Shown: positions 50,374 through 61,839, numbered from the stretch's first letter. The stretch is DNA of 64,000 bases from an uncultured Poribacteria bacterium (GCA_951813565.1 OX638351.1:4640001-4704000); one strand, 5' to 3'. A program made the numbers and translations. The notes: a model not told the origin generated them from the sequence alone.

Positions 50374-50847
50374 TCATTCATGTGCCTCAAAAAACGTCAG
50401 AAATTGCATTTCAAAATCGCTTACATCAAGTTCTGTAAATAGGGCCAACATCGGTTTTCGCGCTTCTTTTCGTTTCTGTTGTAGGTGTTCAATCAATCCT
50501 TGGATATCACCCTGTCCCGCTTTCGATAAAGTCTGCAACTCGTTTTGAAAATGCCTGATGAGAACATCAAGATCACGGACCGTTCCCATTGTCCGTGTGA
50601 TAGTTCTTATCTGTTTATAGTGTTTTTTGAACGGTTCTTTTTGAAAACATTCAGCGAAGTTGTCCATTGCGGCACGCAAACGTCGTGAGGCGACACGCAT
50701 ATCATGCACGAATTCGATATCTGTGCCATCAATTGCGCCTGCTTTATGGGACATCATCTCGCGGAAATAACTCACGATAATCTGTTTTGCCCAGACTTCC
50801 AAAGTTTTATCGGGTGAGATATCATTGAACTCGATTGCTGTTGACAC
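50374..50847 (-). CDS. CHAD domain protein, N-half type
   Basis: VHDMRVASRRLR, GTVRDLDV. Confidence 0.85.
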   Translation of the reverse strand: MSTAIEFNDISPDKTLEVWAKQIIVSYFREMMSHKAGAIDGTDIEFVHDMRVASRRLRAAMDNFAECFQKEPFKKHYKQIRTITRTMGTVRDLDVLIRHFQNELQTLSKAGQGDIQGLIEHLQQKRKEARKPMLALFTELDVSDFEMQFLTFFEAHE

Positions 50848-50890
50848 TGTTTCACCACCTTTTTAACTATAGCCTTGAATTAAAGATTTC

Positions 50891-52278
50891 TTAAAAAAGG
50901 AATATCTTCGCTAACAAAAAGTAGGTAAAAATCCCAATGACATCAATTGCAGTTGTAACAAACGGTCCAGTTGCGACTGCAGGGTCAATACGGATACGTT
51001 TGAAAAACAACGGAATAATTGTCCCTACCGTTGCGGCAATCATCATGTTAACAAAAATAGCAAGTGCCACGACAAGCGGCAGCTTCCACGCATATTCTCG
51101 AAATTGCGGAAAGAGACTGGCAAAACCTCCAAGCAAGACGCCATAAGTTGTTCCGAGTAATGCCCCCGTGCTGAATTCACGCCATAACACCCGCCATGTA
51201 TCTTTGAGGTTAACTTCCCCAATGGCAATACTCCGCACGATAATGGTAGAGGATTGTGTTCCTATATTCCCGCCCATTCCCATGATTATCGGGATAAAAG
51301 CGGCTAAGGCCGCAATTTGCTGCAACTGCGCTTCAAAAATGCCGATGATATAAACAGCAAATAAACCGCCTCCAAAACTGGCAAGCAGCCACGGTAAACG
51401 TGCTCGAGTGTTCCTAAAGATGGAACGGGAGGTAATATCCAGATCGCCGGTACCTGCCATTTTCAGCATATCTTCGGTATTTTCTTCTCGAATAACATCA
51501 ACTACATCGTCAATTGTCACAATACCGACCAGCTGCCCGATACTATTGATAACCGGAATAGCAAGTAAATTGTAGCGAGCGACTGCACGAGCAACCGTTT
51601 CCTGCGGCATGTCGGTATGAACGGTGTATAGGTGCGATGTCATCAAGTTTTTGAGCGGTGTATCTGGCTTTGTTTGCACCAACTGCCGTAACGACAATAC
51701 TCCTTTTAGTTTGTTTTCTTCGTCAATAACATAGACATAGAAGGTGATCGGCGGCATTTCTACTTCAGTGAGTTCTCGAATCATCTCTGTTGCTTCAGCG
51801 GCAGTTGTTTCTTGAAGCAACGCTAAATAATTCGGTGACATGATAGCACCCGCTGTTTTTTCTTCATATTCAAGGAGCCGTTCAATATCCTCAGAGTTTG
51901 CTCCTTCAATGAGATTAAGCAATTCCTCCTTCTTTTCTTCGGGCAGATCCGATAGAACTTGTGTTACATCATCCGCAGGCATTGTGCGTAAGACGTTTGC
52001 TACAACTGCGGATTCTGTTTCCTCAACAAACTCGCTTATGTCCGCACTATTCAGATCACATAGGACCTCCCCATACGATTTTCTTCAATTAGAAGCGTAA
52101 AAAGACTATTTTTTGCTTCGGGACGGAGACGCGGAAACCAACGTGCGATGTCTGCTGAATGCGTTTTTGCAATGATATTCCGAAGATTTGGGAAGGCACG
52201 CCGTTGAATCAAGCGAACAACGGTAGAGATAAACAGTTCATCAACATCATGTGTTGTAATGATTGTTTGACCTTCCAT
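50891..52278 (-). pseudogene. mgtE: Magnesium transporter MgtE, frameshifted at 52069-52072
   Basis: CBS pair, RLPWL, GGNIGTQS, DPAVATGPFVTT; ORFs 52051-52278 and 50891-51982 join if one G is added to a G4 run; may be a sequencing error. Confidence 0.8.
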
Positions 52279-52317
52279 ATCTGTATTCGTAATTTACCCT
52301 TTTTATTGTGCCAGTTT

Positions 52318-53391
52318 TTAGGATTTCGAGCGGTGTCGGAGCAGATGATCGGTGAGAACGAGCGCTGCCATCGCCTCTACAATTGCAGGAGCACGGACCA
52401 ACACGCATGGGTCGTGCCGACCACTTGCCTCTAATGTCACCTCGTTTCCGTCCATATCCACAGTCTGTTGGGGTTTGCCAATTGTAGCTGTCGGTTTGAA
52501 TACGACTTGAAACACAATATCTTCGCCGTTTGAAATGCCGCCTTGTGTGCCACCAGAATTGTTTGTGCGGGTACGAATCCGTCCAGACTTATTATAGAAT
52601 TCATCGTTGTGTTCAGAACCTGTCATAGTTATACCGCCAAAACCGGACCCGATTTGAAATCCCATCGTTGCAGGAAGTGACATCATTGCCTTCGCCAAAT
52701 CTGCCTTGAGTTTGTCAAAGACAGGTTCGCCAAGACCAACAGGAACGTTGCGACAAACCGATTCAATGATACCACCGAGGGAATCCTGGTCGCGCCGTGC
52801 TTGATCAATACGTTCTGCCATTTTCGGACTGACAATTGGGTCAGGACACCGCACCGGACTTGCTTCTATCTCATCAAGTGTTACCGTGTCTGTATCTACT
52901 GAGGCTTCTAATGTATGAATCTGTTTGACATAAGCGAGCGTTTCGGTTTCACATCTCTCCCGCAGGATTTGCTTTGCGATTGCACCTCCAGCGACGCGAC
53001 CAATGGTTTCTCGCGCACTTGCTCTGCCACCGCCATGCCAGTGCCGAATGCCATATTTCTGCTGGTAGGTAAAATCCGCGTGTGAAGGACGGTAGAGGTC
53101 TTTCAGGTGTTCGTAGGCAGATGGACGTGCATCCTTATTCCAGACCAGCATAGAGATAGGCGTGCCAAGTGTTTTGCCTTCAAACACACCGGAGAGTATT
53201 TCAACAACATCTCCCTCCTGGCGAGGTGTCGTAAGATGGCTCTGCCCAGGTCTGCGGCGATCAAGTTCATATTGGACAGCGGGGACATCAAGGTCAATCT
53301 GCGGGGGACATCCATCCACAACAACACCTATAGCAGCACCGTGTGATTCTCCCCAAGTTGTAATCCGAAAAAGGTGGCCGAATGTATTCAT
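52318..53391 (-). CDS. aroC: Chorismate synthase
   Basis: [30 protein letters not shown]; start taken at MNTFG. Confidence 0.96.
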   Translation of the reverse strand: MNTFGHLFRITTWGESHGAAIGVVVDGCPPQIDLDVPAVQYELDRRRPGQSHLTTPRQEGDVVEILSGVFEGKTLGTPISMLVWNKDARPSAYEHLKDLYRPSHADFTYQQKYGIRHWHGGGRASARETIGRVAGGAIAKQILRERCETETLAYVKQIHTLEASVDTDTVTLDEIEASPVRCPDPIVSPKMAERIDQARRDQDSLGGIIESVCRNVPVGLGEPVFDKLKADLAKAMMSLPATMGFQIGSGFGGITMTGSEHNDEFYNKSGRIRTRTNNSGGTQGGISNGEDIVFQVVFKPTATIGKPQQTVDMDGNEVTLEASGRHDPCVLVRAPAIVEAMAALVLTDHLLRHRSKS

Positions 53392-53549
53392 CTGTTTTAT
53401 TTCGATAGGCACACTTTGGGTGCCTGTCTTTATTTTTTTGAGTGTATATTTTACATTTCTTGTGATATACTATATCAAATTGTCAATAAATATGCAAGTA
53501 ATTTGACATCAGCAGGGTGTAAAGTTTTTGTAGAAAACCGCACAACTCC

Positions 53550-53935
53550 TATTGTAGGGGCGGGTCTCTGGGGAATGCCAAAAGGCATTCGGACCCGGTG
53601 AAGACTAAAGACGAATGCGCCAAATCAACGGTCCGAATGCCCTTTGGCATTCCCCGTATGGCATTCGCCATGGTTCATACCGTTGATTTCTTGATTTGGT
53701 GCCTGCCCGTTGCATAGCACGTCCTGCGCAGTGGCGGGGCACCAAATCAACGGTATGAATGCCTTATGGCATTCCCCGGGACCCCGCCCTACAGTGGACG
53801 CCGCGTAATCATTGCAAATTGAACCTATGTAACCAAATATTTACACACCCACATCAGCATCAGAGGCATTCAATTGTCAGCTTATTATCCGTTTTAGGCG
53901 AAAGGTCGCGACCAGGAGGTCGCTCCTACAGGAAG
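53550..53935. repeat. Cluster of nested REP-like palindromes
   Basis: gtaggggcggg...cccgccctac with gaatgcc...ggcattc and aaatcaacgg units; related to 9277-9385 and 54830-55075. Confidence 0.75.
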
Positions 53936-54080
53936 AGATATTTGAGAAAAGTTAGAAATTACTGGAGAATTGAATGGCTCTGTATCAGCATTGGTTTACT
54001 TGCCTAATTGACGGTTGCTCTTACAATGCTCACCTACTGCGAAATATCTACGTATTTTATGGATTTTCTATAGAGGATAG

Positions 54081-54785
54081 ATGATGACCTTTTTTAAACG
54101 TTATATTGCCCTACTTTTGATTTTTATCGCTATCGTGCTTTTGTGGAATACTGTGGTTATTTACCCTCTCAAGATTTTTGTTGTGTTTATGCACGAAGTG
54201 AGCCATGGAGTTGCAGCGATTGCAACGGGAGGCAGTATCGTCGAAATTGAGATTAATCAGCATCAAGGGGGACATGCACTCACCAGGGGCGGGAATCGTT
54301 TCTGGACACTATCCGCTGGTTACCTCGGCAGTCTGTTATGGGGCGGTGTTATTCTACTATTAGCAGCAAGGACGCGCTTTGGTAAAGCGGTTAGTGTGTT
54401 GATTGGTATAGGTATGGTAGCGATCACTATCGGTTTCGGATCCGATATGTTCACATACCTTTTCGGTATCGGTTTTGGGGTAGTGCTCATCCTTTTAGGT
54501 TTGTTTCTGCCGGAGATTGTCAATGACTGGATATTACGCATAATTGGTGTAACAAGTTGTCTCTACGCAATTCTTGACATTAAGAGTGATGTTTTAGATC
54601 GGTCAAATTTACGTTCTGATGCTCGGATGCTGGAAGAAGTAACAAACCTTCCAACACTGTTTTGGGGCATATTATGGATTGTCATTGCCATTGGGTTGAC
54701 CATTTGGTTTCTCTACATAGCAGGGAAATCTTCTAATTCTACAGATGCGGGAAGCACAGACTCCGCTGCTACGGAAACGGGTTAG
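54081..54785 (+). CDS. M50B-like membrane metallopeptidase
   Basis: HEVSH, AGYLG, SDA motifs; multiple TM helices. Confidence 0.85.
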   Translation: MMTFFKRYIALLLIFIAIVLLWNTVVIYPLKIFVVFMHEVSHGVAAIATGGSIVEIEINQHQGGHALTRGGNRFWTLSAGYLGSLLWGGVILLLAARTRFGKAVSVLIGIGMVAITIGFGSDMFTYLFGIGFGVVLILLGLFLPEIVNDWILRIIGVTSCLYAILDIKSDVLDRSNLRSDARMLEEVTNLPTLFWGILWIVIAIGLTIWFLYIAGKSSNSTDAGSTDSAATETG

Positions 54786-54797
54786 TCCTTAAGCGGA

Positions 54798-55113
54798 CCA
54801 TAGGTGTCAATTTAAGGATAGATATTCTTGTAGGAGGGCTTTGTCCGCCCGATTTTCTTCCAAATGCCACCTTTATTGTAGGGGCGGGGCACTTTGCCCG
54901 CCCGTTGCACGGCACGTTCCTGACACATGGCGGGGCACCAAATCAAGAAATCAACGGTATGAATCATGGCGAATCATGTAGAATACCAAAAGCGTATTCT
55001 ACCAAGCACATTCGTCTTTAGTCATTCACCGGGTCCGAATGCCTTATGGCATTCCCCGGGACCCCGCCCTACGATGTGAATGGGATTGCATGCCGTAAAT
55101 TGACACCTATGGG
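54798..55113. mobile_element. MITE-like element with ccataggtgtcaattta TIRs (second copy of the family)
   Basis: Perfect 17-bp TIR; interior differs from 8791-9100. Confidence 0.75.
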
Positions 55114-55326
55114 TTAATTATTTAGCGGTCCGAAGTCTATATTGTAATAGTTCAGCAACCATACGCAGATACCTAACAGAAAAAGAGGAATACAGATAAG
55201 GAGGATGAGGATAAAGACACCCCATATCCAGGAACCTTTGGATTTTGCGACGGTTGCTAACCGCGCGATCAACACCCCACCACCTATTATAATCAAAACC
55301 ACGAGTCCGAATACCACCATTACCAT
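55114..55326 (-). CDS. Small two-TM hypothetical protein
   Basis: 70 aa, GAGG SD, two hydrophobic helices; head-to-head with the next gene only 15 bp away. Confidence 0.5.
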   Translation of the reverse strand: MVMVVFGLVVLIIIGGGVLIARLATVAKSKGSWIWGVFILILLICIPLFLLGICVWLLNYYNIDFGPLNN

Positions 55327-55341
55327 TTCTGTTTCCTCTCT

Positions 55342-57252
55342 ATGAAGTCTCCAACGAAAAGTCCGATCACTTTACGTGCAACGCTAATCGGCATTGCCCT
55401 CATTCCATTAAACAGTTATTGGATTCTTCACCTCAGTTACATCTGGGACTCTAATCGTCCCACAAGTTTGGCATTGCTGTTCAATGTGCTGTTTACGTTA
55501 CTTGTCCTCATTGCACTTAATGTTTTACTGCGTCGGTTGCGACCAACACTTGCGTTTTCACAAAGCGAACTGTTAACCATCTACGCGATGCTCTGTCAAG
55601 CTTCCGTTTTCGCTGGACGCGATATGCTACAAGTTTTGGTGCCATTGATGGGTAACGGTTTCTGGTACGCAACGCCGGAAAACGAATGGGCACAACTCTT
55701 TCATCAACATCTCCCTGAATGGCTTGTTGTTGGCGAACAAGATATATTGAGCGGTTTCTATAAAGGCGAATCAACGTTTTATCTTCAAACACATTTACAA
55801 GCATGGTTAGTGCCAACACTGATATGGGTATGCTTCTGTCTCGTTATTGGTGTAACAATGCTTTTCCTCAATGTGCTATTACGTAAACAGTGGCAAGAAC
55901 ATGAACGACTCACCTACCCAATTGCTCAACTTCCCTTTGAAATCACGCAAGGAAAAAATCGCTTTTTCAATCGGCGGATGATGACTGTCGGTTTATGCAT
56001 CGCTGCCTTGCTGAACCTCCTCTATAGTTTACACCAAATCAATCCAGTTTTCCCGACAATTCCGCTTTATCATAATTTTCGCCTCAGCGAAAAGCCGTGG
56101 AGTGCGATGAATAATCCCGGATTCCGTATTAGTTTCTTCCCGTTTGCAATCGGTGTAGGTTTCCTAATTCCGCTTGATCTTGGGTTTTCTTGCTGGTTTT
56201 TTCACCTATTTTGGCATTTTCAACGGATTGTCGGCGAAAGTTTTGGATGGCGTGGTTCTATTGGATTTCCAAGAGAAATGGCACAAATTCGAGGTGTATG
56301 GATAGCCCTATTTCTTTGGACATTGTGGATGGGACGCTCACACGTTAAGGCTGTGTTGAAGACCTTGTTCAGTAGTCGGGCACTGACGGATAGCGATGAA
56401 GGCGAAGCGTTACGCTACAAAACAGCAATAATCGGCGCGCTTGTTGGCTTCATCTTGATTATCGTGTTCTGCCTAAAAGCAGGGATGTCGTTGTGGTTTG
56501 CTGCGCTGTTTTTTGTTCTCTATTTTGCAATGTCAATTACTATAACTCGCATCCGCGCTGAGTTGGGACCGCCTGCACATGACCTATACAACGCGGGTCC
56601 AGATTTACTCTTAATAGATGCATTCGGGACACGGCGTATCGGCAATCGTAATTTATCAGTAATGTCGTTATTTTTCTGGTTGAATCATCTCTCTTATCGA
56701 GCGCATCCAATGCCGCATCAATTGGAGGCTCTAAAACTTGCAAATCAAACCCGTTTTAATGCCACACAACTGCTATGGGTATTAGCAATTGCGATTTTCG
56801 TTGGTGCGCTTTCGGCTGCATGGGGACACCTACACCTTTCCTATCAGGTTGGTTTAGAGAATGCACGTTCATGGTATGCCCGTGCGGCTTTCAATCGACT
56901 CGCTGGATGGCTCTATAACCCAGGCGAAACAAACTTCAGCGGATTGTTCTATACTGGTGGTGGGTTTATTTTCGCTATCAGTCTGCTGCTATTGCGATGG
57001 CGATTTATTCAGTGGCCCCTACATCCTGTCGGATATGTCGTTTCAAGTTGGTGGACGTTTACCGGGCTCTGGTTTCCACTTTTAATCAGTTGGACAATTA
57101 AACGTATCCTGCTGTCAACGGGTGGTGTTCGGTTATATCGGCGTGCCATTCCGTTTTTTATTGGCTTGGTTATTGGGGATGTTATCGTTGCATCCGTGAT
57201 TAGCATTTTGGGATTATTCTTGGATTATCGCGTTGTTTATCTGAGTTGGTAA
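55342..57252 (+). CDS. Large polytopic membrane protein (DUF6785/DUF6784-like, putative transporter)
   Basis: ELLTIYAM, RKQWQEHERLTYPI, TRIRAELG, WPLHPVGY, PFFIGLVIG. Confidence 0.75.
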   Translation: MKSPTKSPITLRATLIGIALIPLNSYWILHLSYIWDSNRPTSLALLFNVLFTLLVLIALNVLLRRLRPTLAFSQSELLTIYAMLCQASVFAGRDMLQVLVPLMGNGFWYATPENEWAQLFHQHLPEWLVVGEQDILSGFYKGESTFYLQTHLQAWLVPTLIWVCFCLVIGVTMLFLNVLLRKQWQEHERLTYPIAQLPFEITQGKNRFFNRRMMTVGLCIAALLNLLYSLHQINPVFPTIPLYHNFRLSEKPWSAMNNPGFRISFFPFAIGVGFLIPLDLGFSCWFFHLFWHFQRIVGESFGWRGSIGFPREMAQIRGVWIALFLWTLWMGRSHVKAVLKTLFSSRALTDSDEGEALRYKTAIIGALVGFILIIVFCLKAGMSLWFAALFFVLYFAMSITITRIRAELGPPAHDLYNAGPDLLLIDAFGTRRIGNRNLSVMSLFFWLNHLSYRAHPMPHQLEALKLANQTRFNATQLLWVLAIAIFVGALSAAWGHLHLSYQVGLENARSWYARAAFNRLAGWLYNPGETNFSGLFYTGGGFIFAISLLLLRWRFIQWPLHPVGYVVSSWWTFTGLWFPLLISWTIKRILLSTGGVRLYRRAIPFFIGLVIGDVIVASVISILGLFLDYRVVYLSW

Positions 57253-57309
57253 CCTCACAGTATAAGCACTTTTATAGTGGGTTTCACAGTTAACTTAACA
57301 TTTTAATTT

Positions 57310-57400
57310 GTAGGAGGGAACTCCGATTCCCGACTGCAAACGTGTCGCGATTCGGAGATCGCTCCCGCCAAATGCCAAAAGCGTATTTGGCGTTGATTCC
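57310..57400. repeat. REP-like palindrome pair
   Basis: Matches about 1458-1545. Confidence 0.75.
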
Positions 57401-57591
57401 AAAACATGAACAATTGTGAAAAACAACAAAACTTTCACTTAACTGGCACAAGTCGTTATAAAAGCGTTTTTGTTAATGAAAAGTGGTCATTCAGAAATGG
57501 TATAAGCACTTTAATGGGTGGATAGAGATGAGAAAACAGGCAGATACCGTAAGATACCTGTCTGTAAGGTTTGAGGATGTGTTGAACACCT

Positions 57592-58164
57592 TTACGGCTT
57601 TTCTTCTATCAGGTGCACATTATCTGTAAAACTGGGAGTATAAGCCTGAGACTCATGTTTTTCACCAGAGCTGGGGATCGTCACTTCTGCCTTCGAATAC
57701 GAATCACAGTGAGGAAAGGTAAAAACTGGATGGTAGGTATTAAACCAGTCTGTATCTTCGTGATCACCATTATGACTCATGCCGTCTACTTTACCGACGA
57801 TGTCACCGTCATCCTCAAATGGCTCTCCGTCTGGCTCAATTAACGGATTAATCTTCGCGCGTAGATGCCAGGTGCCTTTGATTTTGGGGTCCTCGTAACT
57901 TGATGAATAATAGGAGTAGGCATATAGAAAATGGCATAGCTTGAATTGTGCAGCGGCATTAGCAGTATACGTATACACGCTGCCTTTGCTGCCGTCACCT
58001 TCTGAATCTGCGCCACGCTGTATCACCTTCCAAGTGTCACCATCCCAATAATAATGGGTTTTTTTGCTTGTAATCTCATTGTAGATGTCATTATCCGAAC
58101 GGATGCCTGAATTCAGGGTCGTCAAAAACGCCAATATGGCGATAAAACAAAATACTTTCTTCAT
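57592..58164 (-). CDS. Secreted hypothetical protein
   Basis: AAGGAG SD; signal peptide; 190 aa. Confidence 0.7.
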   Translation of the reverse strand: MKKVFCFIAILAFLTTLNSGIRSDNDIYNEITSKKTHYYWDGDTWKVIQRGADSEGDGSKGSVYTYTANAAAQFKLCHFLYAYSYYSSSYEDPKIKGTWHLRAKINPLIEPDGEPFEDDGDIVGKVDGMSHNGDHEDTDWFNTYHPVFTFPHCDSYSKAEVTIPSSGEKHESQAYTPSFTDNVHLIEEKP

Positions 58165-58179
58165 CGGATTTCTCCTTTA

Positions 58180-58980
58180 TTAGGGTCGTGGTAAATCTAA
58201 AAAAGTGTAAGGGTCAATGCCTTCTGACGAATCTAAAATCTTTATATCAGAAGGAATATCACTTTCTAACAAGGGGCGATCATCTCGGCGATTGGCACGA
58301 ATGGCTGCCAAGTCGTCTGGATGCCCTTTTATATATCGGATTCTTCTGCCGATACCCTGCCCAAAAACTTTCCAGCGCGGGCCCCAGTCAACGTAGACCG
58401 TGCCACGTATCGTGGGGTAAAATAACCCCGTTGATCTCCGCGTTGAAAAGCCTTCAACTTTCTCGCCACGCTTCCACAACTCGACCCAAAGACGATCCAT
58501 CAATTCATAATTTGGATTGTCTTTATATTCGTCCATGTTAGGGTTCTCAGTATAATACGGTGGATCAAAAATATCTTGCCAGGGGAAGTCAGGTGGCAGT
58601 TCTGGATAGGGTCCAAAACCGAACTTTGATACCCGAACCTCTGCTGTCTCTGCGTTTTGTGCGGGGGCGCCGGTTTGTGACGCCTCTGTGTTATCCGTCA
58701 GGGCAGTTGCATCGGCACTTTGTTTATCTGCGGTTGGCAATGTGCTATCCGCAGGTGCATCGGCTGCCTGTTCTGCTACCTTGCTTTTCTCGGATTTTTC
58801 TATCTCCGATTGGCGAAGCAGTTTTTGTGCATCGGATGCCGCTTTTCTCTCGTCTGCCAGTGAGTGTTGATACCATAGATAACATGCACCAGCAATGATT
58901 ATCAGAAGGGCTATGCCTCCCAATATCCATAGGGTATAGCTGCTTCTAATCATGCTTATACCTCTTTTGTTGTGCCACAC
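58180..58980 (-). CDS. Membrane-anchored hypothetical protein (start possibly ATG 58953)
   Basis: N-terminal TM helix, low-complexity linker, VSKFGFGPYPELPPDF and GIDPYTFLDL motifs. Confidence 0.75.
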   Translation of the reverse strand: MWHNKRGISMIRSSYTLWILGGIALLIIIAGACYLWYQHSLADERKAASDAQKLLRQSEIEKSEKSKVAEQAADAPADSTLPTADKQSADATALTDNTEASQTGAPAQNAETAEVRVSKFGFGPYPELPPDFPWQDIFDPPYYTENPNMDEYKDNPNYELMDRLWVELWKRGEKVEGFSTRRSTGLFYPTIRGTVYVDWGPRWKVFGQGIGRRIRYIKGHPDDLAAIRANRRDDRPLLESDIPSDIKILDSSEGIDPYTFLDLPRP

Positions 58981-59452
58981 TTTCGCGTGGCGTTTTACTT
59001 GTTTATGAGTTATCCCTATCTGCTTAGTACGCCGGCGTGCCTTGCCTGCTTAAAAGGTTAGGGCACCCCCGGCGACCAAGCCAATACTCCAAAATATAAT
59101 TTTAGAAAAAGGGCACCCATATTGTGAGTATTGTTTGGTCGTTATAAGTATTATAGATGGAAGAAAAAGTCAAGTATAAATTTTAAAAATGAAATTTAGT
59201 GGAGATTGAGCAATTTTAACAAATTTAACGGATTCCAATAATCTTTTCTATAACCTATTGTGTATCTATTGTTTTGAAGACAGCTTTGGTACTTCTGGAC
59301 CAGAATTTTAGAAATATTACAATCCGATTGATTGTTTTTGTTTGATAGGAAAATCACTTGACATTTAAAATACATTGGTGTTAAACTTCTCATGCAAAAC
59401 TGAAGGTTTAATTTTAACACATCTCAAAACACATTATCCTGAGGCCTCTCCA

Positions 59453-59704
59453 ATGAAACGACATCATATTGTTGGTATTATCGTTGGGATATGTGCGATA
59501 GGTTTGGCAGTACGTAGTGCCCTTTCGGGAAATATCATTGACGCACTCATAAACTTTACAGCGTTATCTGTCGTAGCCATCTCAACCTTTTTTAAGGACA
59601 GATTATCACCCAGATGGTCGCACCGGAGATTACCCCTTTGGATGTGTGTTATTGTAGTTTGCCTTTTCTTATTTGAGTTGATTTTTGAGTTGATTGTCCC
59701 TTGA
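59453..59704 (+). CDS. Small membrane protein
   Basis: MKRHHIVGIIVG..., three hydrophobic segments; start moved to ATG 59453. Confidence 0.55.
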   Translation: MKRHHIVGIIVGICAIGLAVRSALSGNIIDALINFTALSVVAISTFFKDRLSPRWSHRRLPLWMCVIVVCLFLFELIFELIVP

Positions 59705-60675
59705 CCTTCTTTCCTAAAGCGGCAGCATCACCTTCATTACATAAAATGGATACAACAGATTTATCACTCAGTGTAAATATCGGCGGGATTCGGATGCGTA
59801 ACCCTGTGATGACTGCATCAGGAACATTTGGATACGGTAGCGAATACGCGGATTTCGTAGACTTAAACCGACTCGGTGCGGTTGTCGTTAAAGGTGTTAC
59901 AAGCGTGCCGTGGCCCGGCAATCCGATGGACCGCATTATGGAAACACCGTCTGGTATGCTCAACGCTATTGGGCTGCAGAATGTTGGGGTAGATGGTTTT
60001 ATTGCAGAAAAGTTACCTTACCTGCGAGATTTTGATGTGCCGGTGATTGTCAATGTTTGTGGCAAAACAGTTGAAGAATACCTGATAGTCGTAGAAAAGT
60101 TAAGTGAGGCAGGTGGTGTCGCTGGAGTGGAGCTCAATATCTCCTGTCCGAATCTTGATTGTGGTGGTATGAGTTTCGGTGTTGATGCAACGTTAGCGCA
60201 TCAACTTGTGAAAGCGGTCAGGGCAAAAACACATCTGCCGTTATTGGTGAAACTGTCGCCAAATGTCACGGATATTACTGAGATAGCGCGTGCCGTTGAA
60301 GATGCTGGAACAGATGCACTTTCTGCGATTAACACGCTACTCGGCATGGCAATCAACGCGGAAACCCGCAAACCGGAACTCGCCAACGTAACAGGTGGTC
60401 TTTCCGGACCTGCGATTAAGCCTGTAGCATTGAGATTGGTTTGGGAGGTATACAAAAGCGTCTCTATTCCGATTGTTGGAATGGGAGGTATAATGAATGC
60501 AACGGATGCAGTAGAATTTTTCATTGCTGGCGCATCTGCGGTTGCTGTCGGAACAGCAAACTTTGTCAATCCACAGGCATCAATAAAAGTGGCAAAAGGT
60601 ATCAACAACTACCTTGAGAAGGTGGACATGAATTCAATAAAGGAATTGGTTGGGAGTTTGAAGGTTGACACTTAA
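59701..60675 (+). CDS. pyrD: Dihydroorotate dehydrogenase, class 1B catalytic subunit (start probably ATG 59746)
   Basis: NPVMTASGTFG, NAIGLQN, ELNISCPN, KLSPNV, GGLSGPAIKP. Confidence 0.95.
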   Translation: MTFFPKAAASPSLHKMDTTDLSLSVNIGGIRMRNPVMTASGTFGYGSEYADFVDLNRLGAVVVKGVTSVPWPGNPMDRIMETPSGMLNAIGLQNVGVDGFIAEKLPYLRDFDVPVIVNVCGKTVEEYLIVVEKLSEAGGVAGVELNISCPNLDCGGMSFGVDATLAHQLVKAVRAKTHLPLLVKLSPNVTDITEIARAVEDAGTDALSAINTLLGMAINAETRKPELANVTGGLSGPAIKPVALRLVWEVYKSVSIPIVGMGGIMNATDAVEFFIAGASAVAVGTANFVNPQASIKVAKGINNYLEKVDMNSIKELVGSLKVDT

Positions 60676-60826
60676 TCAACGTAAAAAAGTTGGTATTTTC
60701 TGACAATCTGATGTATAATTTGGAATATGGCACAATACTACGATAACGCAGTCAAATATGTCATGCTTGGGCATTCTCAAGAATTTGCAGAATTCATGGT
60801 AGGACACTCAAACATCAAAGTATTAG

Positions 60827-61230
60827 CACTCCCTGTCAAACCCCCTGCCTTTAGGTAGGGGATGTAGACAGCTCAGCAGTTTATGTGTCAAAAAAACCTT
60901 GACACTTTCACCAAAATTTGATATATTGTCTTTAGCAGTCGGCATCGGTTCTGATTGATGTGGTGGTAGACCGCTCGGCAGTGAAACAATCAGGTAAAAG
61001 CCTTGCGATTCAATACTGCTAAAGTTCTTTGTAACATCTATTGCACGTTTAGGGTAGACGCATTGAAAAATGCTCACCCGCTTGAAAAATCACGTGTCAA
61101 AAATAATAAGTTGCCTTCGGGCAAGTGGCTGGCTTAGCAGCCACTGTGGAGCAGATGTAAGACGCTTCTTCGGAAACGCTAACTGCTACGAAGCACAAGC
61201 CCCTGCCTTTAGGTAGTGGGTCACTATGAC
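60827..61230 (+). mobile_element. 404-bp non-autonomous IS200/IS605-type element, copy 2
   Basis: Identical to 12131-12534; boundaries fixed by reading-frame restoration of the host gene. Confidence 0.9.
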
Positions 61231-61839
61231 AGAAACTTGAAACGGAGCAACCGACCCTCAAGACGCATCAAAATGATAGCACTTTGAAGGTACAGCTTCC
61301 TGATGAAACAGTTATATTTCACACTGAAGTGCAAGCAGACGACAGTAGAAAACCGATGCATTATCGCCTTGCAGGGTATAACGGTTTTCTTATTAATTTA
61401 CACGAAATGCCTGTCTATTGTAACGTTCTCTATCTACATCCTAACGCAGGTAGAGATGATAATGGCCACTATGCTTACAAAGGGATGGGGTACGAATATA
61501 CGCTTCACTATAAGGTGCTCAGACTGATTGAGATAGACGGACAATCAATATTGGAAAAGCAGGCACCCGGGTTACTACCTTTTACTCCGCTGATGGAAGC
61601 ACCAGAAGGAATGGATGCCAACCGTTGGTTGGAAAAATGTATTGATGCGACAGCATCTGCAAGCATAGATCAGCATACTCGGGATATTTTACTCGCGGCA
61701 CTTGGTATTTTCGGCGGTTTAGTTTATGAACCACAACTAATTAAACAATTTTTACCGGAGGGTATCATGCAAGAATCTCCTTTTTTCCAACACGTTATTC
61801 AAGAAGCAACAACAAAAGCAAAAAAAGAGGCTTACAAAG

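Noticed and set aside
50366..50390. Split CHAD as a simple frameshift error
   Set aside because: A proper stop is followed 1 bp later by ATG and each half has its own similar N-terminal segment; two genes is more likely, though not proven
60827..61230. IStron (group I intron plus IS) that would splice out of the Rpn gene
   Set aside because: No recognisable group I core (P7, J8/7); the frame-restoring boundary ends in C rather than the terminal G and follows G rather than U. RT-PCR would be the final test
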